A stretch of DNA of 57,903 bases from Trichinella spiralis (Eukaryota). The notes beneath the pieces are model-generated. The model was not told the DNA's origin, made no database searches, and saw only the letters and a list, made by a program, of their open reading frames with translations. This document shows positions 40,595 to 51,196 of the stretch, piece after piece. The translations under genes were made by a program, and so were the position numbers. The DNA lies in assembly GCF_000181795.1 (NCBI RefSeq), contig NW_003526941.1, positions 8,046,583-8,104,485 on the forward strand, given 5' to 3'. Positions within the stretch are counted from its first letter, which is position 1, and every line of letters begins with the position of its first letter.

Positions 40595-41924
40595 TTGTTG
40601 AATGGAAACTTTCAACAAACTGGCGTGCAGAATATGCTCAGCATCACTTTATAAATACTTGGTCTTTTTTAGATCAGTCCTACATTAGAACGAATATAAT
40701 AGGGCGTATCTGACGTTCGCACCGGTTTCAAAATTGCCACTGACGTGCTGAAAAGTTTTATTTTTCACATTTGTGAAAGTATTATTGTAAAATTCTTTCA
40801 AAAGTTTCTGATTGGCTGCACGATGTTATATGCAAATGTGAATTTTTAATTTTATACTACAACGAAGAAACACTTTGAAGTAAATAAGAAATAATTCGCA
40901 GTTTTGTTAAGGTATACTTTTGAAAAGTCGCCTTTATTTTATAATCAAGTAATTAGTTTATAACTTTTGAAAAAGCATCGAGGTGTAAATAGATAGACAG
41001 CGTGGCAACTTGCAAACCGCATCCAACATTGACAACTTGGAAATAAGGTTAGAAAGTGGCAGCAGTTTGTTGTAAGCTTGACATCAAAAGAATAATTTAA
41101 AAAATTAATCAAGCACGTTCGTATATTTTATTGGCAATTTGTAAACTGTGAGCAACTGAGTATGCTCAGTTTGTGTGCAACAAACAAAATGAATGATTCA
41201 AATTTACTGTTCGAGCAGCTGCACTAACAACGAGCATTACCGACAAAATTACCTTACTGCTTTTATGGCTTTTTATTTCATCAGTAGCAGTTTTATGATG
41301 ATCTGATGTTGACCAGTAACCAAGTCATTGTAATGAACTTTTAAATGGAAACGCTTTTTTATTGATTTTTCATTGCTGTGATGCTGTGTCAGAACTGATT
41401 TCACATCATAGTAGTTGCACATTCTGCAACTCAAATACATATATGCTAATAATATATTAAAATGAAAAATTCAATTTCAAATAAGAATCCAATTTTAAAT
41501 ATTTTGTGTTTAAAAGATAACCCATAATCAATCATGTTTAATTTAATTTAATTGTAAAATTTGAACTTGATTAAGTATACTGTGGCTACTGTAATTGTTA
41601 GCAAGGTTTCGATTTTTTTATTATGGAATATATTCCGTATGTCACTTGTAACGTTTATTTCGATTTAATCTTACTGCTTACTTAGTGCTATACATCTTCC
41701 TTATGCAAAATTTATGTTTTTTTGGTTTCTTCTAGTCCTATACAATCGTATGATAAACAGGTATTAGTTTTCTGGGAAGACAGTTTTATTTTCATGTTAT
41801 AATAAAATAACTATTGTTATATTGTTTTTTGCATCCAAATCAAAAAAATATGAGCTTTCCAATAAATGTAAATGCATATATTGTTGATGGAATAGAGTGA
41901 AGCTATTTTTATTTTATAGCTTCA

Positions 41925-42965
41925 ATGAATGCTGAGAATATAAATGGCAATGATAAAACTGCCAACTCCAGTATCAGGAATGAAAATCCAGACTCGGTGA
42001 TAATTTGAATTTATGCTACGCATGCAGGCTTCATGTTCCTAGCATAATTTTGTACTTTAGGGTAAAACTGTAGCGGAAACATCGGATAAATTCGTAATGC
42101 GTCCTAGTACAGCTTTGTGTCTTCGATGGTGGAAGTTCAAAAAAGTGAACGATAATTTTTGCTTGCTTTTGGTTTGTTTAATTGAAATTGTTTTATAGCA
42201 GCGAGATTTACTGAAAGCTGAAAAATCGGAAATAGTACCTGTTAAAAAATCTCCATTTAAAACTTCAAGTTTTGCAGATAGCAGTGCAGTACAGAAAAGG
42301 TTATTATACTGAATAGCTGATGAATTGATTCATTTGTTAATATTTATTTTTTCTTTTTTTATAGTTTTCAGGATACTTCCATAAATGTTTTACACAACAG
42401 TAAATGGCAATATTCGAATAGAAATAAAGCTCAACGTCGTTGGTCTCAAGAAGGTAAGAGAATTGAAACCAGTAAATTTTCTTTTTTGTTTCAATATTCT
42501 GAAGTTAATATGAGCTTTGAAATTATTTAAATGGTGGAAAAAACTTTATGTTATTAGTTTTCAATCGATATTTTAATTTTCTCGTAATTTCCTTTTTTTA
42601 AGTATTATTTGTTAACGAATGTAATAAATTTGATTTGTAAATTTTGTATAAAAATAAAAGTTTTGTGGATTGTAATTATTTTTGTTTTTTTAATAAAAGA
42701 TGTCCACTTAGCAGTGAATTAATTTTAGATACGAATAAATTTTACGAACTGTTGGCTGCAATGGGTACGGACTTTGATTTGATGAGTCACTGCTTTCCGG
42801 GTTTCAGCAGAAATGAGTTGAAGAGAAAATTCCAATATGAAGATCGCAAAAATAGGGAAAAAGTGGAACTCGCATTAAGTATGATTTTTTTTCTTTTTAT
42901 AAATTTTTCTTAATTTGAAAAAGTTGATTTGTTTAGAAAATCAAAAATGGAAAAGCAATACGTGA
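41925..42965 (+). CDS. BDP1: TFIIIB subunit B double-prime (BDP1)-like SANT protein, 6 exons, ~174 aa
   Basis: RRWSQEDTNKFYELLAAMGTDFDLMSHCFPGFSRNELKRKFQYEDRKNREKVELAL matches the BDP1-type SANT consensus (W...T..FY..L...GTDF....FP...R..K.KF..E...N). Confidence 0.8.
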
Positions 42966-43327
42966 ACAATGTGAAGATTATCCATGTGAATTTGTTACTG
43001 TATTTTTTTATTTTTTATAACAATGAAGTGATAGAATGATGAAATTGATCTTTTGTGGATGAATTATGATCAGGACAAGTTTTGTAATTTTATTTGTGAA
43101 ATTCATGTTTGCATGATTAATTTTACAGCAAACTTTTCAGACAAATGTGCTCAAAGTGTTATTATTATTTTTTTTAATTATCAATAAAATTGTGCATGCT
43201 GCAATTGTTGTTCTGTTGTTCATGTTTTGTTACATGGTAATATGTACTTTGCGAATGAATGTTGGTTCTTTTTCTTTACGATGATGTAATATTTAGGCGA
43301 ATATCAGAGAGGAGAGAGAGATTAACA

Positions 43328-44876
43328 ATGGCCAGAAAAAGACGAGTAATGATTTTCTTTTGTTTAAAAAAATATGATAATTTAAAATGAAAATTGTTTT
43401 TTTAATTTGTGTTATTTTTTGAGGGAAAAATGGTTCGACGTGCCCGAGCTTCGGCCGGATGTCAGGAGCCGGAAAGTTTGACGAAAGCTCCACATTCGTT
43501 CATTTTTCACCGTGGTCGAGTTGGAAGCTATGTACGTCATCTCATTGGCGATTTGCGCAAAACTTTCAGTCCATTTTCGGCGGCAAAATTGAAAGTTGGC
43601 AACTGCTTTGGTTGTGCATATTCGGCTTCATGTGGCTGTTTGTTGTTGCAGGTTCGGAAGAGCAATTCGTTGAAAGATTTCGTCTCCATTGCCGGGCCGC
43701 TGTCGGTTTCCCACATGCTAATTTTCACACGGTCCGAGTCGTTTTTGAACATGCGTCTCATAAGACTTCCACGTGGACCAACGTTGATGTTTCGTGGTAA
43801 ATGGAATTGACTGAATGCAAATGAAAATGCTTTTTCTCACCGTTAATATATATATATATATATTACCGTTGTTTGCTTTTTGCAGTGTTGGAATATACTT
43901 TGGCAAAGGATGTTGTATCGGCACTTCGCAAATCTGTACATTCCAAATGGCAGCCAAATTTTTCACCATTGTTAATTTTCAACGGCTTCGAAAATGACAA
44001 CAACAACGTGAAGCTGACGCATACGATGTTTCAGACGATGCTACCATCGTTGAATGTCGATTCAGTGAGAAGCGGTTTAATTGTTTATTTGTTGCACAAA
44101 TTGGGTGAAATTTTGCAAATTTTATTGTAGATCAAGTTGAACAACATTCGACGATGTGTTTTGTTCACTTATGACAAAGAAACGGAAGAAATTGATTTTC
44201 GACAATAGTGATTATTATTATTATTCAATATTTTTCATTATGAATTGAAATATATTTTGTTTTTTTTTCAGTGCGATCAAAGTGGTACCAAGTGGGGTTA
44301 GCAAGCAGGCGAAAGTTTTCTTGAAAAACAGGGTTCCGGATCTTGGTCGTCACCAGGACATTAGCGATTTCTTCATCAAGTATATTTTTTTATTATTCAT
44401 TTGGAAATGTTACCTTATAATACATAAGCTGCGATGACGATGTGGTGCTTTTCCAATTTTCAGGCCACAATATTTGAGTGAAAGTGAACAAGAAGGTGAA
44501 GTTGAAGGCAACGTGGTGGAACTGCCGCAGCAAATAAATGCTCCTGGATGTAAAAATGCAACTGAAGTTGCAGTCCGGTTTGTTGTTGTTCAAAAAATTA
44601 GCTTTTCCATTGCTGTTCAAGTTTTTTTTTCCATTTCAAAAGTCTGGTCTGGTCTTTTTAAGGCTAATTGAAATGGGTCCTCGTTTGCGATTGCAGTTGA
44701 TCAAAATTGAAGAAGGCATTTCAAATGGTCCAGTATTGTACAACCGATTTGTGCAAACGTCTGAAGGCGAAACTAATCAAGAATTTGAAAGCACTACTAC
44801 TGGTCAGTGCGAAAATGCAAAATTCAAGAATAGAAGAAGAAGAAGAAGAATAATAAAAGAATTTGTGAAAAATTGA
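43328..44876 (+). CDS. PPAN: Suppressor of SWI4 1 / Peter Pan Brix-domain ribosome biogenesis factor (lpd-6)
   Basis: Motifs APHSFIFHRG.VG, LKVRKSNSLKDFVSIAGPLSVSHM, RLPRGPTLMFRV.EYTLAKDV, IRRCVL, IDFRQY.IKVVP.GVS, YLSESEQE and AVRLIEMGPRLRLQLIKIEEG. Confidence 0.94.
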
Positions 44877-45155
44877 AGAAAACGATCATACATTCAACAA
44901 ATTTGCATACATCATCTTTCAATAACAACAACAACAACTGTGTTGGAATAAACAATAAACCCGAACGATGCTTTTTATTTCAAAACCACTACATTTACAT
45001 TCTCAACAGAATCTCAACACAATTTACACAACGAATATAGTTGATGAGTTCTCCAGAAAAAAAAGAAAATTCTATATTGGATACTGTTTTTACAAAACAA
45101 AAAATTACTTCTTCTTCATTTCAACGAACTGGTACGCTTGGCTTAAACAAATTAT

Positions 45156-45583
45156 TCACGGAGAACGTTTCACAATCAGTGGACCAACGTTGTCACCGGT
45201 ATTTATGTTGTGGTCAGTGTGAGATCCGTCGCAAAATGGAAACTGCAACGAATACAAATGCAACAATACAGCAAATACAAGCGAAATCAAATTTATCTAC
45301 TGCTAACCGATTTTGAACGCCAGCATCGACAGTAAGCTTTCAACTCGCCAATATCTTCAATATCTACCGAATGGACAATTTTTGCACTTTCCTTTTCAAT
45401 GCTTAAATTCACCAACTGTTCCTTTTTGGACCCAAGCTCTGTAGATTTCGAAATCAGATAACCAGTGCAAGTGCCGACGACAAAAATGAAAAAATCGCGC
45501 GCAATATCCATAACTAAAAATGAAAATGACGATTAAATAATATGCTTCATACGAAAATTGATTCAATACTTACACGTCGGCAT
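45156..45583 (-). CDS. CISD: CDGSH iron-sulfur domain protein (mitoNEET/CISD1-2-like), 3 exons
   Basis: N-terminal TM anchor, then [51 protein letters not shown]. Confidence 0.94.
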
Positions 45584-46227
45584 GATTGTACGCTCAGAAC
45601 AACCGAAACCGCAAGCCTGTTCGCGATAAATTAAACGCACAACACTTTAATACAGTATATCAAAGGCATTAAAAAAACTAATGTTCAAATATTTGTTCTA
45701 CAGAAATACATTTCTAAATTTTATCAATATTTATATTTATTGATGCTGTTCATTATTAATTTTTTTCACATTCAAATTCACATTTTAATAAGAAAAACAT
45801 TTCATGCATAAGAAACAACAGTCTTTGTTATTTTTATTTTCAAGAAAAAGACACCTTTTTCAATTTATGAGAACTTAAAAATATTAATTTTTGCACAAAT
45901 ATCTAACAATTAATGCAATTTCAAAAGTCGACAATGCAAAAATTAACTTTTTTGCGCATTTCAAAAAACTGTTTTTTGAATTGAAATTATTATCGATTTC
46001 ATAATAAAGTTAAAATCTATTATTATTTTTTATTAAACAAATAGCTGGGTGTAATTTGAAACTTGAATTTTTCAAATTCTCGAAATAAAAGAATGTAACT
46101 TGAATTTCATTAATGTAATTTGGGTGTTTGGTGAAATTTGTTTTTTTTTGTCTGCTCTGAGCGGTTGTTAACTGTTGCCGCATTTACTTCAACTTTATTT
46201 TCAATTATTCGAATCATACTTATCAAT

Positions 46228-48102
46228 ATGTTTGTCTTATGTTTTTATTTCTGCATGCTCATTTGTGTTCTTCCATATCCTCAGGAAAGTAAGTGTTCAC
46301 TTCGTTTGAAAGCGGATTTTTTAAAAAATATTTTTTCTTTTTTTCCCTTTAGTAAACAATTATGCAGTTGGTGAATTTCCAGTGTTGGATAACAAGATTC
46401 GAAACGAAAGTGCTGTAGAATTTCCAACCGATTTACCGGATTCACTTCAAAAATTTGCCGACGATGTGCAAAATAATATTGTGCGAATTTTGTCATTATC
46501 AAATCAGTGTTTTCTTTTATTGGATTTGTGATTTTAGTTGAACGACCTCAAATTTGATGATTCAGAAAGCGAAATGCCCATTTTCAATGAATCGACTTCC
46601 CCTAGGAACACCGTATGACTGTGTACCAATCCCCTTGTCAACTTGTTCTTGGACGTTTTCATCTTTTAGACGGCAGAAGATCCGATCCACTCTGTCAATG
46701 ATGTATTGAACAGTTTGAAAGATGTCATTGGGATTATAGACGATACGCAGAAAATTTTCAGAAAAACGAGACTACCGATGTTCAACAACTCTGTGAAATT
46801 TTCAACTAAAAACCTGGGTTTGCACTTTGTTTCTTTTATTTCAAAGTAGTGTATGTAATATTGAATTAATTCGTTTAAATGAATAAGGCAGATATTTGAA
46901 TTTGTTTTTTTTTTAAATAACTTTTCACAAAAGACATTACTTTCATGAAAGCATAATTTTCAATTTTATAAAAAGATGTTCAAATGATCATAAGTTGAAA
47001 ATTGCTAATAATAATGATGTTTTTCTAAATCAGTAAGTGAAATTATAAATGGTACTAGTTGAATAAGTTGAAAAATATGCGTTTTAAGTTTGCGTTTGAA
47101 TATCCGTTTATATTAAGTATTTTTTAAATTTTTGTATAAATGAGTAATCCAAGTATTAGGTAAGTTTTATTTGATGTGATTTAATTAATACTTTTTAATT
47201 AATTTTTTAATTTTTAATTAATTTAATTAACAGACAGAAGATTTCATCAACAATTTTGTTCTGTTGATGGTAGTCAAGATTATTTTTTAATTTTCACACA
47301 TTTTATTTTTCGTAACTTAAATGGCATTTTTTGTTGTTCATTACAAGCAGTGAAATCATTTTCCAACGTTTTTAAGTAAGTGTTCCATTGAAAGCTTTTA
47401 CTCATAATTTCTCTTACCAGGAAGATATGTATAGAATTGTTTGTATGTGTAGAATGTAGAAGCGTTCGATTATTAAATCAATGAGATGCAACTATCAGAA
47501 TTATCAGATTTTATTTTAATTTTTCAAATATTATGAATACAGAAAAAGCACTGCGCTTATAAAAGTTAGAGCCATTATACTTCTGTTGTTGATCTTGATA
47601 ATGAATAATTTTACCATGTACATTTGTTAAAGCCAAATACTAAATAATTTTAGCATTTTATTTATTGTTCTCATCAGTCATGTTGAATCTGCTCTCCTAG
47701 TTTGAATTTGAATATATGTGATCTGACTTCCGTTGAATGTTCTAATCTCAAATGTGTTTTTGTAGAACATATTATGAAGATGATAAATTCTAGCGCTTCT
47801 TCATTTTTTGATGTGAAACTGGTGTTATTGGTAACATTGGTCGCTATGGTTGGCTTGATCTTTTATTTCAGTCTTGTAAAGCGGAAGGTAGATCTTTTTG
47901 TAAACACTGCTTTTTTAAATTGTTGAAACTTGAAAACCTATTGTTCAGCACGAATTTCTTTTTGGACAAATTTATTCTGCGAAATTGATCTTTTATATTA
48001 TAGGTTTTCAGCGTTGTTAAGCACTTTGGATGGAAAAAATCATCACGTCGGCTAAACATCCGTTATTCAAAGCTGAATAACGAAGATCTTGAGGATTGTT
48101 GA
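46228..48102 (+). CDS. Type I membrane protein, TGN38/KCT2-like architecture (~220 aa)
   Basis: Phase-compatible exons: 46228-46288, 46353-46480, 46538-46612, 46670-46817, (47234-47269), 47766-47887, 48004-48102. Product has a signal peptide, an acidic lumenal part with NES/NNS sequons, TM LVLLVTLVAMVGLIFYFSLV, and tail KRK...RYSKLNNEDLEDC. Confidence 0.65.
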
Positions 48103-49158
48103 AATAAGCGGGTTTGAAGTATTGAAATTTTGTTTTGCATGTGTTGTTACGTTACGCAATAAAATGTTGGAATGCACGATTGTTGTAATCATCTGACGAA
48201 CAGTATCATTATTGACCATTTGTTTCCTATTAGCGACTTTGCAACAGTAATATAAACCATACAGGATGAGTCAACGATTGGAGAACCTCCAAATTGCACG
48301 TCTTGGCATGGTTATTCACATTCTGCAAACAGTACATACCATTTGCTTGTAATGCAGATCAATACAATAGCGATACCAGTTGAGGGAAGGTAAGGAACTG
48401 AATTACTGTTGTATTTATTTCAATTTCATTTATTTATAAAAGCCTTTTTCATTGTAAGTTTTGAATTTATCTTAATAAACAATAAAATTCAAATTAAGAT
48501 TATTTCAACGTAATAATTTAAAATTTTCATTACTTAATCCACAACAGTATTGCAATTTCGTGTGTAAAAAGGGTTTTTTTAATGTGGAATTTCATTTCAT
48601 GAAATGAATGCAGATCGAAAGATTGCCTGAACACTTTCTTATTAGGGAAAATTTTTTTGTATGATTTATGTTATCATGAAATAGTTACGTAATTTTTCAG
48701 CTTCGCAGTTTATATCTTAAAGAATAAGCTGTTTTAAATTCTTCCTTAAAGGGATTTTGTTTATTTTCTTTTCACTGAAGAAAACTGTATTTCATTTACC
48801 AAACTTGAAAATCAATAGCATTACAGTACAATCGTCCATCATAGAGTGTTTACTTTTACTTAAACACTTAAACATTTTGTGACCGTATGTCTACATCGTG
48901 ATTGCCGGTGAATGATTTTTACCGTCATTTTCAAATTTCACTACTTTTCATTCCTAAAATTTGTTCTAACCCTTTTACCGCATAGCAGCTGATTGGTGGC
49001 CAAATAAACCGGATTACAACTTTCAACTTTACGTTCAAGGTACATTGGCCTTTTGTTTTTTCAGCAATGCAGCACCTTCTTTTCTAATATGTTCTTGGTA
49101 ATGGAAAATTGACTTTTTGCCATAAGTGAATTTTTCCGTCATCTTCAACTTTGTGGAT

Positions 49159-51001
49159 ATGGATTTTCAAAAGCTCATGTACAAAGCGATGAAAAATCGC
49201 GAACAGTCTGCGAATCGAATAAAACAACTAAAGGAAGTTGAAGGTAGTTTAACCATCTTTTTTTTTATTTCAAATGATATGCATTAAAACTGAAACTTTG
49301 TTATTTCTAGAAAGGGTTAAGCAGAAGGAAAAAAGGGATGTTGAATCTATTCGACGTTTCGCGGAAGCACGGCTTGTTGAAGAAAAACATGAAGCAGAAA
49401 GGAGATTGATGGAAGAGCGACGACAATTAGATGCCAGGCGTAGAGAATTGGATCGTCAAATGGCTGCTTTGAATGCAAACCAAAAAAAAGTGCCAGTAAA
49501 GCCTGTAAAAAATATTGTACGCAATTCGGATGCTCAGCGTTCACAGCAATACGAAAAAGCGTTAGCTTTAATGGGGAGGCAAAATACTGGTAATTCAAGA
49601 AACCACAATAAAACTGTATCCAATGGACATGGTAAATTCATCTCTGATGAGCACTGTCGCAAATCGAAGACTGTTTTGAACAGCAAAGAGTTTCTTTCTG
49701 CAACATCATCTTCATCCAGTTCTGCATTTCAAAAGAAGGAAATTACAAGCAGCCTATCGGGGAATAACAGTAACAGGTCTGCTGTTATGTTGAAGAAAGA
49801 TTTAAATTCCAAAGCAAAAGCTCAGAATCACAGGTTGAATCGCACTCCTATTGATTTCAAAAGTTTGATGGAAACTGCGGCTATGAATAAGAAGTTGCCT
49901 GTACAATCTTCTCATAAAGAATTGCCATCATTGCGGTAATTTTAATTTTTCTGCTTTTCCAAGGAATATTAATTATCAAACGAGTAGTTCAATGTAGCTT
50001 TGTTATTGTTAACCGTGAGAAATAATACCATGTGCTAATTGTAATGAAAGAATACATTTTCAAAAATAGAATCTTCTTTGATAAAGCTTTTGTGTTACCT
50101 TTGAAAATGTGAAGGGTAATATTTGACGATTAATCATAAATGTGATGGTATTTCATTTGGTTGAACATTTGTACAGTGTTTGAACAAGTTTATATGTGCT
50201 TAAACGTGGAAAAAAGGATTGTACCGACGTTAAATACCACGATAGCAATGAGGTTAAACAATACGATAGTTACAGTATATTTGTATTGTATTGTATTGTA
50301 TTGTATTGTTTTGTTTTCTTTTGTTTTGATTTTTCGTTTTCAGGCCTGAGAAGAGAAAAGATTTGAAATTGAATTCGCAGTCCAATCCTCGACTAGTGAG
50401 AGATTCTCGAGCTGTAGTGTCGACAGGGAGAAATTTACCGAACCCCGCCAACGTGGCAACGAGTAGTAGTGCTAAATTGAAAGATGCTACTCGTTTACGG
50501 GCTACTGTAGACAATGCAAACCGAAAGGGCTCAGTTAATGGTCAACAGTTAAATGTTTTATCAAAGAATGGTCGAGGTGGAGTTGATGCTGCCAGAATGG
50601 AACATTTGAGACGGCAGCGTTTGATGAATGCCCAACGCCAAACATCGGCAAGGCTTCGTGAGGTGGAATTGCGTCGGGAACTTTTGAGAAGAAAGCAGCA
50701 GATGTTTGATTATCTGTCAAGTGAATCGTTTGATGATGAAGATGAAGAGGATAGCGATTTGGATGGTTTCATTGATGATTCTCCAATCGACGATGCTGAA
50801 GATTATTCGAAAGAAATTCGTCGCATGTTCAAATACGATCCGACCAAATATAAGCATTTGGATAAAATGGATGATAGGCGTATGGAAGCCAGTTATGCGG
50901 ATATTTGTCGTGAAGAAGCGCATTCTGCGCGTATGGGTCTTTTGGAAGATTTGGAAGAGTTTCGTCGAGAAGAATCTCGAAAGAAGAAGAAGCGCTTATA
51001 A
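49159..51001 (+). CDS. SPT2: SPT2 chromatin protein / histone H3-H4 chaperone, 3 exons
   Basis: N-terminal MDFQKLM, internal PIDFKSLMETAAMN, and C-terminal SPT2 domain DSDLDGFIDD...DYSKEIRRMFKYDP..Y...DD..MEASY.DI..EEA.SARMG..ED. Confidence 0.93.
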
Positions 51002-51196
51002 TTTGCGATGAAGCAACTTACGGTTATAAAATAAATTTTTTTTTAATTTTCAGTGAAATGTTGTTTTTACATTTTATAATGCTAATTTTGCATCTATATA
51101 TTTGATGAATTTGATGAATGCAGTTTTTTGATGTATGCGTTTTGAAAGGGAAAGGAAATAATATATTCTTTTATGTTTTGACAAAGCCAGTACAAC

